A DNA stretch of 63,601 nucleotides, filler included, from Octopus bimaculoides (GCF_001194135.2; 3 parts of 3 records of this genome joined end to end with filler, not necessarily neighbours in it), one strand, 5' to 3'; counted from the first letter of the whole stretch, positions 13,451-26,417 are shown. Notes: a model not told the origin generated them from the letters alone. Program-made: numbers and translations.

Positions 13451-13772
13451 AAGGCGCGTGGCTGAGTGGCTAGGGTATTTGGCTCACGATCATGAGTTCA
13501 ATACCTGGCGGCGCGTTGTGCCCTTGGCAAGACGCTTTATTTCACGTTGTTCCAGTCCACTCAGCTGGCAAAAATGAGTAGTACCTGTATTTCAAAGGGC
13601 CAGCCTTATTACATTCTGTGTCACGCTGAATCTCCTCGAGAACTGCATTAAGGATATACATGTCAGTGGAGTAGTCAGCCACCTACACGCTAGTCTCACG
13701 AGCAGGCTGTTCCATTGATCGGATCAACCGGAACCCTCATCGCCGTAGCCGACGGAGTGTCACACCATCTCC
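13451..13772 (+). mobile_element. Full-length tRNA-derived SINE (CORE-like gttgtgcccttggcaagac)
   Basis: Head, core and tail ggatcaaccggaaccctc...gacggagtg all present; homologous to 14897 and 42974 copies. Confidence 0.9.
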
Positions 13773-14370
13773 ATTATAATTGAAAGAAGTTTTGAAGTAG
13801 ATTTTAACAGAAATAATAAATTCGATGTGCACTAACTTGGCACTAACAACGAGCGACGAGTTCAATGAAAGCGTCAAAACACAGCCTATTATTGGTTCAG
13901 TCGGAAAAGTAGGGCCTGCAGGCGATAGATACAGAGATCGACCTTCAGCCTGTCTGTTGTCCCTCTTCTGTCTTAAATGAATGATTAAAACATTGTCATA
14001 TAACAAGCTTATAATCACACACACACACACACATTCACGTACAGATATACACACGAAAGGGAAACAAATACTGGAACTATATAAATTAGCACAAGCTTGG
14101 CTTATGTAATAATGGGATTGAATGCACAACGATAGAGTTCCTGGTTAAATCTGAGTGCACAGAATCTTGGGCATGTGTCTGCTACTGTAGCTCCAGGTTT
14201 GCTCTTTTCTGTCTTGGTCAAAATCTGTCTGCATCGCTTCGCTTCAGTTAGCAACGTCTTCCCAAACACAAGTACTTCGATACCATATTGTAATGAATAT
14301 AGTAGTAGTAGTAGCAGCAGCAGTCTGCATGACATTATGAGGCAGAGAATTTCAATGTCTCCCTCTCCAG

Positions 14371-14415
<45 letters not shown>

Positions 14416-14896
14416 TTTGTTAGCAATGACTTAGAAGAGTCTACCAGTGGTCCTGACTAATACTGGTCAAACTTCGAGGTCACCACCAACAAAATTATAA
14501 TAAATATTCGATTTTATAAACGCATTGAATTTTTTGTTTGTTTTTGTTTGTTTTTGTTTTAAAAACCTTTTTAAGAGTATGCATATATATTGTGCTGAAG
14601 GGTCGTTCTTTATGTTACTTGTCTTGTTTTCCATTTGTTTCTCTCGTTTTTCGCATATCCAAGTTTGCCTTCGTATTTCATGTTGTTTACGCTTTGTGAC
14701 GTCCTGTACCCATGTATGCATATATATATATATATATATATATATACGCNNNNNNNNNNACGCTTTGTGACGTCCTGTACCCATGTATGCATATATATAT
14801 ATATATATATATATATACGCACGCACACAATATGTATATATGTATTCAAGCATACATACTTTAAACTCCTTCCAGTTGTGGGACCCTGGTTCGAGG

Positions 14897-15246
14897 GTTC
14901 CAGGATTTTGACAAATGTATGACCTGGATCTCCGTCTGTTACAACGACGAGTGTTCCAGTTGACACGATCACCCGAACAGCCTTCTCGTGAAATTAACGT
15001 GCAAGTGGCTGACCAATCCACAGGCACGAGTGCCCTTAACGTAATTCTGAGGGGGGTTCAGGATGATACAAAATGTGACAGATCTGGCCCTTTGAAATAC
15101 AGGCACTGCTCATATTTACCGGCTGAGTGGAATGAAGCATCGAGAAATAAAGTGTCTTGCTCAAGGACACAACGCGCCACTGGGAATCGAACACAGAACC
15201 GTAGGATTGTGTGCTGAATACCCTAGCCACAAAGCCACGCGCCTTC
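14897..15246 (-). mobile_element. Full-length SINE, same family as 13451 in the opposite orientation
   Basis: Reverse-complement match across the whole length. Confidence 0.9.
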
Positions 15247-16542
15247 ACAGAAATGTCGAACCACCTCTAAGCCACTATTGCTCTCAGGTCTCCTCTGACC
15301 CAGAGAAATAGCAATTATCAGGACCCCGGTTATGGGTTAACTAGCTTGTTATTGAATTACCTCTGGAAGAAGGTCACTCACAGATATCTAAACGGACCCA
15401 GGGCAGATGAAGCTTTGCAGTTCTTTATTTTCCCCTTTAAGAGAAGGAGCTCGTGGCACTTGTTATTCCAGACCGATACAAGTTCGAAGGACGTAAGAAT
15501 GGGACTGGCTCTGTACAGACCATGCCCACTAAAATGATACAGGTATATATCATTTGCAGATATGTATGTTTATATTGTGATTTTAGCATAGGCGGTTTGT
15601 AATGTATCAATTACTAGAACGGAAAGTGCCATATTTTTTTATCACAGATTGAGGAAGAATTCCTATTTAGCCTGACATTTTTTTAAAGAGCTCCTTCTAA
15701 CGGGTTATCTAACTAAGAATGGTATTATATTCCATTACAGTATTCGGATTTTAGAATGTGAAAATATTCCTAATGCATTGTCTATTTTGTACATGGTCTA
15801 AGAATGTTCTCATACGCCAACTATCAAGGAACTGAATGCTTTTCTGTTGCCTTTTCACCTTACCATTAGTGGCAAAGTCTAAGATTCTCTGAGCAGCTCT
15901 AGCAAGGCTGTAGTATTCCAGAGTTGTTACTGTAGTGATATGAGAAGACTTAGCTTCACTACTGCATTACTAACATTATATTTTTCATTAATTATAATTG
16001 ATTATAATTTCATGGTTGTCTCCTCTGCATTTCTTGATCAGAATTGATCATTAAGCTAATTATTGTCTCTCCTCACTACAGTTTGTAAAGTTATAAATTG
16101 TTACAATATAATCTATGTATTGATAGGAGAAACGTATATGTTTGTTTAAAGAATACTATTTAAAAGTGTTTGGGAAGTTTTGTAGAGTGGGTATAGAATA
16201 TGTTTTGATGCGATAAAAAGCATTGGTATAAAATGAACAAAACTGTGTTCTAGCAATTTATGCATATATGTTTAGTAGAGAAGATCTAGAACTGTTTAGT
16301 AAAGAAAATTATGTGCTTAATGGACTTCATTATCTTTTAATAAGAATGGCATACGTGGTTGGTTGAGAAAACAAGTTGTTTCGAGGAAATTAGAATGTAT
16401 TGTCAAAGTACACATATGCGTTTCGGAGAGAAGATATGGATGCTCGGTTGGCAATACTTTGCTTTGATGAGGTAGGCATATTTTTTTAATGGAGAAAATA
16501 TAGGTATTTAGTGGATAGTATTATATTTAAAGACATACATAC

Positions 16543-16719
16543 GTGTTTAGAGGAAAAGACATATTGAAGTACGTGATGTTTATGAGCTGCAAATGACCAA
16601 GAATCTACTACATAGTTTGAGATGACTACGTAGATCATTTTGCCGTTGTCACTGACGTAAGGGAGGTGGCCTGGATGAAATGGTATGACGTCATTATCGT
16701 TGAACCATGAGATTTTCGC
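16543..16719 (-). CDS. LBP/BPI: LBP/BPI exon, 177 nt, phase 0-0 (AKISWFNDNDVIPFHPGHLPYVSDNGKMIYVVISNYVVDSWSFAAHKHHVLQYVFSSKH)
   Basis: Acceptor ttcctatctttcag, donor gtatgt; PFxP and KMIYxxxSNY motifs; lies within ORF 16486..16869. Confidence 0.93.
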
Positions 16720-16822
16720 CTGAAAGATAGGAAAGAAGTAACATGATCGGAAAAGTAAATAGACACAGTAGATATAATAGAACAAACGCATATCATGATG
16801 ATAGGTGTAAACATGGCTTCTT

Positions 16823-16858
<36 letters not shown>

Positions 16859-16894
16859 GTTTTTAGCATTGGTACAAAGTTACAAAATCACTAA

Positions 16895-17535
16895 TATGTA
16901 CGGAGTCTATAATCGATAAAATTAACCTGGGATTTGACTGGGATTTGAGCTTATAGACCCTAGAAGGATGAAAATCAAAGTCGACGTCTATAAGTTATGA
17001 ACTCAGAACGTACAGTAATAAAATGAAATCTTCTAGGCATTGCTTTCATTGATCTGTCAATTCTGCCATCCATTACCCAAGATGCATTATTGATTGTTAC
17101 ACAGGCATACAACTTCAAATTTTGACGGAGGATAACGTTGCTTTTGTCATGTCTAGTACTTGTCTTGGCATGTTTTATCAACCACGGAAGGATGAACAAC
17201 GCTGTTGACACCAGCAGGATTTGAGCGCAGAATGTAAAGACATAATTAATTACTTACGGCAATGCATTTTGCTCCACGCTCTAACGATGTTCGAATTTTC
17301 TCCCACTGAAGCATAAGTATTTAATTCTACGAGTAACACAAGGATTGAAACTTGGTAACGCGGGACATGTCGACTATATTAAGCCCAGTATTAGACAAGT
17401 ATTTCATTGTATCAACCATGGAGGAATAAAAGGTGAAGGTTGTCCTTGGCAGTATTTGAACTCGGAATGCAAAGAACCGGAAAAAATGTCGCATAGCATT
17501 AGTCTAACGACTCTGCTAGCTTGCCTTTCCTAAGC
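16895..17535 (-). mobile_element. Three degenerate tandem copies of the Deu/Nin-like SINE
   Basis: Repeated gaaggatgaa..gtcgac..tgaactcagaa motif; more decayed copies near 18200-18480 and 18880-19085. Confidence 0.65.
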
Positions 17536-18020
17536 GTGCCAAGTGTTACCAACGTGTATGTAAGCTTTTTAGTTTTGTATGTAAACATACAGCTGTTCAC
17601 TAATATTCGGGTATTTGCGTTTACATAAAATTTTGTGTCTCAAATATAACCACCACCACCACAAAAAAATGAATAATTTACTGGATTCCGCATCTCCTTA
17701 GCAAGTTCTCTACAATTGTTGCGATGTTTATTTAAAGAAATAGGCACTTGGTAACCAAACTCATACAGAGGCATAAGAAAATATTAAAAAAAAATTTTTG
17801 ATTATGATACAAGCTCGTGTATTTCTGAAATATTTTGGTTACAGCCAAATGCAATACGAATGCAAAGGAAATTTTAAAAAATGACATCAATTGTGAAAGA
17901 AATTTATATCGGTTTGGTGAGAGACCATCTTTGCCTCTACTTCTCATATCACTAAGTAATTAGACACCGAACTGTTTGAGACTAATGTTACCCTTGGTTG
18001 TGAATAACAAATCGACTTAC

Positions 18021-18112
18021 CTTATGCTCCAATTGCATGTATAACGTCGTCAAGAGTGGGTCATTAACCAATCTATAATCTAACATGAAATCATATCCGA
18101 TTGGTACCTGCA
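18021..18112 (-). CDS. LBP/BPI: LBP/BPI exon, 92 nt, phase 1-0 (QVPIGYDFMLDYRLVNDPLLTTLYMQLEHK)
   Basis: Acceptor ctttttcgtttgtttcag, donor gtaagtc; DYxLxxxP motif; phase fits both neighbours. Confidence 0.92.
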
Positions 18113-20164
18113 CTGAAACAAACGAAAAAGAGATCGAATCATTTATAGCCACTCTAAATCGGAATGCCACCATATTTTTTATTCTATACATTATAAAAGA
18201 TAAAAGCCTACATCGATCCCAGTCAAAATTAAACTGGAAGCCGAAGAGACGAAGCTAAATACTGTCAAGCGTTTAATTTTTTTCCCAATGTCATTCCAAC
18301 TCTTCATTTGAGAAGCAAATTCGAAACACTAGCGTAGTTGTGTTACTTATTTTATAGCCTCCAAGAATCGATATTTATGACATCGAAACTGAAGAAACGA
18401 AACTAAAAAATTCCAAGTATTTAATTTTCGCTCTCATGTCATTGCAACTAAATTGCTTTAAGAGCTAAACATCGTATATTCAAAACGCGCACCAATGATG
18501 GGGTGCGAGCTGAGAATATTTCAGTTGGTACTCAGATACTCAGCTGGAGCAATACACCTATCTAAACACTAACAACTCAGCAAAATACATGAGTAAATTA
18601 ATTTACTGAATGTTCGGCCAACAGAATTATCTACTCAATGAATTATAATATAATCGATCATGTATTCCGCAGACCTTAATGTAATCATTGGTTGAACCAG
18701 TGGGATGAATTTATGACCATGCTAACACTTCAACTTGCAGTTTCTGTCTACCCTTTAGTCAGGCAAGGCAGGTATGCCCATTTATTGTTTTTTTTTTCAG
18801 CTGCAGAAAAGAAGTTATCTGCAGACTGATGATCTGAACCGAATGCTTGCTATGGAAAGTGAATTCCAATAGAAGACACCCAGTAACAGAATAAAACTAT
18901 TATCACTCAAGAACTCAGAACAGAAGAATATAAATATCGCAAGGCCTTTCATCCGACATTCTAGCAATTCCATCAATTCATCGTTCTGGGCGGGAACTTC
19001 AGTTTACCAACGCTTAAAAGATAAAAGGAAAAGGTGTCTTTGGCGATATTTGAACTCAGAGAGCAGGAAGTCGGAACAACTACCTCTTCACACAGGTCCC
19101 GTTTACATGATTGCGAATTGAAACTGTAAACCCTCCGGCCATCCTGCGCTCATGTTCCCTTGCAGTAATTGATAAACCACGTGCTCACAGCCGGAACACC
19201 ATCACCAGCAGCAGCAGCAGCTGTAGTAGTAGTAGTAGTAGTAGTAGTAGCGGCGGCAGTGGGGACAGCAGTGACGGCAGTTGTAAAATGTCATTTCGTA
19301 CTATCAGATTTTCGGTTGTTCATCACAATTCTATGATGAGGTCCACTCCTTTAATGATGAGAGCTTTGATAGCTATACGCTCCTACTTCGAACTCACAAG
19401 CTCAACTGCAAGCAAGGCACACACATAAGCGCGCTCGTATTCAATGTAACGTTGTGAAACTGCTAAGTATAGTTATAAAAAAAAAATGCTATTACGAAAT
19501 GGTTTCTCGCTGATATTTTTTATCCCCAGCTCCAACAGAAAAGTTTCAGCTTTGCATTGAAAAATAGGAAAATATGTGTGAAGCATACAGTGACTTTAAT
19601 TATTTACAATTAAAAAATAAAAGATGTACTGCTACATGTGTACCAATTTATAACGCTGAATGTCTCGGTTATTTAATGTTAAGCTAAACGTCTTTAGCAG
19701 GTATACATCAGAGCACAGCGCCGGTCAGTAAGGTAAATCTGTCTTTATTAGAGCCGTTTACCATGAGCTAATGAGGTGACTTCTGCTTGAGTCGACGAGA
19801 GAGTATCTCTACATGACTTCATATCCTAGAAGCAGCAGCCAAATGCCATCACATTACACCATATCGTTTTAGAAAATAAAACGTTGGATATGGTCATCAG
19901 ATCATATTTCCTGCGAAAAGATGTGATGGTTATGGTCGGAACGTTTTTGAACATAGATCTTCTAGATCTATATTAGCTAAACAACAACAGCATTCTATTT
20001 ATCTTGAACTCATGTAATACATTTATATGGTTGCTCGATCAGCAAGGCGTATCAGCAATATTTCCCTCAAACCACACCCCATCATCTTAAAAAGAAAAGG
20101 AGAAACTGGATAATGTAGTCCAGAGTTAAAAAAAAAAAGGTTCATAGATTTTAGTAACAGGACC

Positions 20165-20395
20165 AACACCTTCAAAAACAAAATATGTCTAGTACAGACA
20201 TAATACCCATTAGCGCTTCAGAAAATATATTTATATTTGTTAAGACAACGTATTCTTATGAGATTAACAAAGTCTTATTACAGAACAGCATTGCAAAATG
20301 GTAGAAAGAAAAAAGGTTAAAAGAATCATGTACAACAATATCAACACAAAAATACAATCTAAAGAGAAAGACCGAGAAATCCAGTAAAATAAAAT
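20165..20395 (+). mobile_element. Degenerate Penelope-like fragment (pre-RT region), homologous to 24310-24545
   Basis: Visible colinear similarity to 24310-24545; that copy translates to IIIVDKTRDF*EINK..., like the PLE 'ADKTRNxYE' motif. Confidence 0.5.
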
Positions 20396-20927
20396 TTTAG
20401 GAGCATCAGAAGTGACCAAGAGGTAATGGGCATCCTATTTGCCACACTGATCAGCTAAGCGGAATGCTATGAAGGATGATCTTCACAATATAATAGTAAA
20501 TGTACGATCGATGAGGGCTGATCTTAACAATATAATAGTAAAAATTCCATCGTCTTGTTTAGCGTCACCACTTGATCCTAGGATCCTTTTAGCAGGTTGT
20601 ACTCAATTGCAAGTATCTGGACTAGGTCGTAAATCTCAGAACCGCTCATTATCTTGGTGCCGCTTCTTACTGTTGCAAACTACCAGTCGTTGAGAGTCCC
20701 CCACACACATCTTTTCTTCTCTTATAGTCTCAGACACCTTAAAACAGTGTGGCTGCTGGCCCTTCCTTCACTGACCACACACCAAAAAAAGATATAACCT
20801 ACGAGTAAATTTAGAAAACTGAATGTAGTAGACTGACTGTATTAATCTGGATGTGAAAATTAAAAGGCACACAAGAGGGACTCGAACCAAAAGAGTTGGA
20901 TATTGTACCTATTAAGTTTCTACTTAC

Positions 20928-20991
20928 ATGGAAAATTAATGATTTGTTCATATCCGTTGTCGTTGATGACCGCCACAGCTTTCTCGCACAT
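20928..20991 (-). CDS. LBP/BPI: LBP/BPI exon, 64 nt, phase 0-1 (MCEKAVAVINDNGYEQIINFP)
   Basis: Acceptor ctttatttgacag, donor gtaagta; equivalent to the BPI 'VCEKV...LP' exon containing the conserved Cys. Confidence 0.9.
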
Positions 20992-21044
20992 CTGTCAAAT
21001 AAAGTGAAACATTTGTCACATGAACCATTTATGAATATTCCTTC

Positions 21045-21235
21045 CTACTATATGCACAAGGCTTGAAAAATCTGGCAAGTGAGTAGTTAGTCGATTATAT
21101 CGACGCTAGTGTTTTGATAGTTATTTTAAAGACTCCGAAAAGATGAAAGGCAAATTTGACCTCGGTGGAATTTGATCTCAGAAGGTAAGGATGGATGAAA
21201 TCCCACTTAACACTTTGTTCGGCGTTTTTTAGCAA
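21045..21235 (-). mobile_element. Deu/Nin-like SINE
   Basis: gaaaagatgaaaggcaaatttgacctcggtggaatttgatctcagaa core. Confidence 0.8.
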
Positions 21236-21864
21236 ATAAAATAATTTGCTAGGCGAAGTCTTCATCAGCAGATTAAACATATAAGCACGAGGCAATCCAG
21301 CATATGCCCCGTACTTATACATTCTAATTTTTCAAATCTACCGCACAAGTGCAGTAAATAAAAATAAAAATAATGCCGGCGTTTCATTCAAAAATTTTCC
21401 AGAAAAAAATTATCAATAATTAATAGATGGTTTATGTTTTTATTTTTCATTCCCTTCGAAGTTTATCCCTAATAGTGGTTTGGATCTTTGCTGTTCCTTC
21501 TAGCGTGCAAGGAATCCTATGACGGATACCTCTTATGTGCTTAAACGTACACTGTATTTATATGAATAATACATAGTCTATTGACTAAATTTTTTACACG
21601 CTAGGCCACTGGTAGTAGAAATTTCTAATATTTCTTATTACCCTGATATTATTAATTATATATATATNNNNNNNNNNNNNNNNNNNNNNNNNNNNNNNNN
21701 NNNNNNNNNNNNNNNNNNNNNNNNNNNNNNNNNNNNNNNNNNNNNNNNNNNNNNNNNNNNNNNNNNNNNNNNNNNNNNNNNNNNNNNNNNNNNNNNNNNN
21801 NNNNNNNNNNNNNNNNNNNNNNNNNNNNNNNNNNNNNTATATATATATATATATATATATGATA

Positions 21865-22200
21865 TAAATGCACACATTGACACAGGACGCCACGGAATGC
21901 AAACAACATGAAATACGAAACAGGAAAACATAGAATACGAACGTTTTGGCGAACAATGAAGGAAACAAATGGAAAACAAGACAAGCAACATAAAGAATAA
22001 TTCTTCATCAGTTGTCGGCTGTTTTTCTACTCTATATTTCAAGCAATTCACGACAAGATACGTCTTTGCCAAAACAGTTGCTCCCGCAAAGCAAATTAAA
22101 TAAAATTTGGGATTTTGCGGAGGGTCAAAGTTGGTAACAAAAATAGGACAGTGAAAACAAACAGGATGGGCTGCTAAGCCTAAACGACTGGCGAACACTG
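21865..22200 (-). repeat. Interspersed repeat with hammerhead-like box, probably a PLE terminal repeat; related copy at 14590-14720 (+)
   Basis: Shared gaaacaaatggaaaacaagacaag-aacataaagaa segment; cttcatcag (reverse complement CTGATGAAG). Confidence 0.55.
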
Positions 22201-22672
22201 AATGAACAAGCTCTGACAGGAGACGGGAAAGAGTACATCTTATCCCTGCGGCTAATCAAAAGGAAAGAAAGAACTCGAGTAGGAAAAGAAAGATGGCTGG
22301 TGGTCACGTGTGAGCAATGAGAGAGTAAAGGAGGAAGAATGAGGAAGAGAGAAGGAGGAAGAATGAGGAAGAGAGAAGGAGACAGACAGAGAACGGTAAA
22401 GGGGAGAGGAAAAGAATTAGTGAAAGGATGAAACAGAAAAGAACGAAAGGGGGAGAAGGGGAGATAAAAAGAATTAGAGAAAGGAAGAAAGAGGATACAA
22501 AAGAAAAATAGAACAGAACAAGTGTCGCATCAGAATTACGATAAAACTTACTTGGAAATGGATGCGTGGGGTTCAATCATATAATAATATAAATAATATA
22601 TATACACATGCATACACACATACATATATGCACACACGCACACATATATATACAATTATATATTTATATATA

Positions 22673-22711
<39 letters not shown>

Positions 22712-23392
22712 NNNNNNNNNNNNNNNNNNNNNNNNNNNNNNNNNNNNNNNNNNNNNNNNNNNNNNNNNNNNNNNNNNNNNNNNNNNNNNNNNNNNNNNNN
22801 NNNNNNNNNNNNNNNNNNNNNNNNNNNNNNNNNNNNNNNNNNNNNNNNNNNNNNNNNNNNNNNNNNNNNNNNNNNNNNNNNNNNNNNNNNNNNNNNNNNN
22901 NNNNNNNNNNNNNNNNNNNNNNNNNNNNNNNNNNNNNNNNNNNNNNNNNNNNNNNNNNNNNNNNNNNNNNNNNNNNNNNNNNNNNNNNNNNNNNNNNNNN
23001 NNNNNNNNNNNNNNNNNNNNNNNNNNNNNNNNNNNNNNNNNNNNNNNNNNNNNNNNNNNNNNNNNNNNNNNNNNNNNNNNNNNNNNNNNNNNNNNNNNNN
23101 NNNNNNNNNNNNNNNNNNNNNNNNNNNNNNNNNNNNNNNNNNNNNNNNNNNNNNNNNNNNNNNNNNNNNNNNNNNNNNNNNNNNNNNNNNNNNNNNNNNN
23201 NNNNNNNNNNNNNNNNNNNNNNNNNNNNNNNNNNNNNNNNNNNNNNNNNNNNNNNNNNNNNNNNNNNNNNNNNNNNNNNNNNNNNNNNNNNNNNNNNNNN
23301 NNNNNNNNNNNNNNNNNNNNNNNNNNNNNNNNNNNNNNNNNNNNNNNNNNNNNNNNNNNNNNNNNNNNNNNNNNNNNNNNNNNNNNNNNNNN

Positions 23393-23429
<37 letters not shown>

Positions 23430-23461
23430 ATACACATGTATGTCTGTATGTGTGTATGTGT

Positions 23462-23539
23462 GGAGGTGCAATGGCCCAGTGGTTTGGGCAGCGGTCATAG
23501 AATCGCGGTTTCGATTCCCAGACCGGGCGTTGTGAGTGT
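23462..23539 (+). mobile_element. SINE head running into a gap
   Basis: ggaggtgcaatggcccagtgg...gcggtttcgattcccagacc nearly identical to the 42974 copy. Confidence 0.85.
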
Positions 23540-24309
23540 NNNNNNNNNNNNNNNNNNNNNNNNNNNNNNNNNNNNNNNNNNNNNNNNNNNNNNNNNNNNN
23601 NNNNNNNNNNNNNNNNNNNNNNNNNNNNNNNNNNNNNNNNNNNNNNNNNNNNNNNNNNNNNNNNNNNNNNNNNNNNNNNNNNNNNNNNNNNNNNNNNNNN
23701 NNNNNNNNNNNNNNNNNNNNNNNNNNNNNNNNNNNNNNNNNNNNNNNNNNNNNNNNNNNNNNNNNNNNNNNNNNNNNNNNNNNNNNNNNNNNNNNNNNNN
23801 NNNNNNNNNNNNNNNNNNNNNNNNNNNNNNNNNNNNNNNNNNNNNNNNNNNNNNNNNNNNNNNNNNNNNNNNNNNNNNNNNNNNNNNNNNNNNNNNNNNN
23901 NNNNNNNNNNNNNNNNNNNNNNNNNNNNNNNNNNNNNNNNNNNNNNNNNNNNNNNNNNNNNNNNNNNNNNNNNNNNNNATATATATATATATATACAATT
24001 ATATATTTATATATAATTATATATATATACAATTATATATTTACATATAATTGTATATATATGTTTATATGTATATATGTGTGTGTGTGTATACATGCAA
24101 ATATATTTTCTTTTTCTCTCCCTCGCGCACACACGCACACAAACAAACAAACAAACAACAATAAAGAACGCCAAAATTAATCAGAAACGAACGAAAAAAG
24201 TCGTAAACCTTGAAATTCCAACAACATAAGAGACACATACATTTTTTAAAACAACCTCCTTTGTTTAATAATAATAAAAAGAAAAGGAAATGGATAAGAT
24301 AGGTTCTAG

Positions 24310-24545
24310 AAACAGAGCCAACGCATTTCAAAACAAAATACGCTTAGTACAGACATAATGATCATAAGCTCTTCAGGAAACATAATTATAATCGTCGATA
24401 AGACAAGGGATTTTTGAGAGATTAACAAAAGCTTATAAGAGTACGACATCACAAAATGATAAAAAAAAATGCTAACCGAATCATATATAACGATATCAAC
24501 ACAGAAGAACAATCTATAGAGAAAGACCGAGCAATCCAATGAATT
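24310..24545 (+). mobile_element. Degenerate Penelope-like fragment (pre-RT region)
   Basis: SSGNIIIIVDKTRDF*EINK and ESYNDINTEEQSIEK resemble the region upstream of the RT in PLEs like 43740-46268. Confidence 0.5.
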
Positions 24546-25136
24546 AAAAATAGCCCGAGAGGCAAGTAAATTTAAAGTAGATTTTAATTCACTAAAAGTG
24601 CTACTGACTTCTGCTAGTAAGACTGTCAGAGATAACAGTTTACGAATTACCTACAGTAGTAACTGAAAACAGTTTGGAGCTGATTTTAACTGTAGAATCT
24701 AGAAACGATGTAACTATTTCGATTGTTTACGACCGATAAATAAATTACCAGTCAAATAATAGAGTCGATATAACCGACTGATTTCCCCTCTAATATTTCT
24801 GGCGTTTTGTTTTATGTCAGACATAATTATACTGTACAGCAATTTTTTTTTCTATCTTTGGTCAGTAAATGTTATTTTCCTATATTGCTTCTATCTAGCA
24901 ATCAAAAGAAATTCCCTTCAGATTCTGATTTTGTCACCCGGACATCAAGGTTTTGAAACTAACCTATTTTCCATTACGTTGGAGATAATAAAGTAGTGGT
25001 GATCCCAAAACGAGCGTGCGTGTTCGTGTGTATGTGAGAGTGTGTAAGTGTGTATGTGTGGATTGGTGCTGGTGATCTTGACGTGTGGAAGGGTGGGTGT
25101 GCAGGTGTGTGGATGAGTGTATAGGTGCTGGGAAGT

Positions 25137-26055
25137 GGAGGCCTTCCGAATGGTCGTTTCTGCTCGCCCGGGTGCCACTCGACAACTGCGCGGGTCCACC
25201 GATTATCGGTGAGCCGGGCGACGTGTCCAGCCCATCTAAACTTGCTACGTGTATATTCTACGATGACATCCCTCACGCCGGACTTCAGTCTGATGACCTA
25301 GCTACTGATGTACTCTCTCAACGAGATTCTAAGCATTGACCTCTCCATGTCTCTTTGAGCCGTTACTAATCTCTGCTCTTCTCTCTTTGTTGTAGCCCAT
25401 GTTTCACTACCATATAACATTGTAGGCAGAACTGTGCTATTAATGAGGTTGGCGCGGGTGGTCCTGTCCAACCTTCCCTTGAGCACATCCCTTATGCCAT
25501 TAAACGCCTTCCTTCCGGTCATTATTCTCCTTGAGATCTCCTTTTCGATGTCTCGGCACATATTCACTTCCCGTCCCAGGTAGACATATTCCTTTACTGC
25601 CTCTATTTCATCATTGCCGACCGACCACCATTCGACCTGTTGCTACGTTGTCGGACCGCATGAACTTCGTTTTCATGTGGTTCACTTTGAGACCTACTTC
25701 AGAGCTTTTGATGTCGAGCTCTGTCAGCATGGGCTGAAGCTGATCCGTGGTTTCAGCGATGATTACGATGTCATCAGCAAAACGGAAGCGGCTGAGTAGC
25801 TCGCCATTGATGTTGACACCGCCTTGCCAGTCGATGCCTCTGATGATCTGCTCGAGACATGCAGTGAAAAGTTTTGGAGACATCGCATCTCCTTGCTTTA
25901 TTCCCTTCTCGACCGGCACTCGTACAGGTGATGACAGCAGAGCTATGTCGGTGGTGCATTCGGAACTTGCCTCTCTGAGCAGTTGCACACATTGCGCCTC
26001 GACTCCTTGCCTCTGCAGCGAGTTCAGCACTGCGTTGGTTTCGACGCTGTCGAAG

Positions 26056-26058
<3 letters not shown>
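25137..26058 (-). mobile_element. RTE-clade LINE reverse transcriptase fragment (frameshifts and stops)
   Basis: KVFDSV, KGIKQGDAMSPKLF, RFADDIVII, YVYLG, LYGSETW, KFRWAGHVAR, KRPFGRPP motifs. Confidence 0.95.
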
Positions 26059-26091
<33 letters not shown>

Positions 26092-26285
26092 NNNNNNNNN
26101 NNNNNNNNNNNNNNNNNNNNNNNNNNNNNNNNNNNNNNNNNNNNNNNNNNNNNNNNNNNNNNNNNNNNNNNNNNNNNNNNNNNNNNNNNNNNNNNNNNNN
26201 NNNNNNNNNNNNNNNNNNNNNNNNNNNNNNNNNNNNNNNNNNNNNNNNNNNNNNNNNNNNNNNNNNNNNNNNNNNNNNNNNNNNN

Positions 26286-26382
26286 GGCAAGTGTCTTCTA
26301 CTATAGCCTCGGGCCGACCAAAGCCTTGTGAGTGGATATGGTAGACGGAAACTGGAAGAAGTCCGTCGTATATATATATATG

Positions 26383-26417
<35 letters not shown>

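Larger units (their letters stand above)
8419..20991 (-). other. LBP/BPI: Partial LBP/BPI-family gene span (7 internal exons: end of N-terminal BPI1 domain plus most of the BPI2 domain); 5' and 3' exons not located
   Basis: Manual splicing of GT-AG exons gives one open frame: MCEKAVAVINDNGYEQIINFPLQVPIGYDFMLDYRLVNDPLLTTLYMQLEHKAKISWFNDNDVIPFHPGHLPYVSDNGKMIYVVISNYVVDSWSFAAHKHHVLQYVFSSKHLPAAQSELLMTTCSEETICIGRLIPQIGESFPNSETTVEISAISRPKIHFQSDNIELNINGLLRFLVHLQNTSHVDAFGIRVELHGNVKALVNSSQLFYKVHSM. It aligns by eye to BPI/LBP (xCEKV, IDYxLxxxP, PFxP...RMxYxxxSDY, CIGxLIPQ-xxxxFPN). Confidence 0.9.

Noticed and set aside
14690-14820. Direct duplication across a 10-N gap
   Set aside because: Unmerged contig overlap.
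22552-22580. ATG-initiated MIEPHASIS ending at a strong gtaagt donor
   Set aside because: No acceptor, no signal-peptide or BPI similarity, lies in microsatellite flank; insufficient support.
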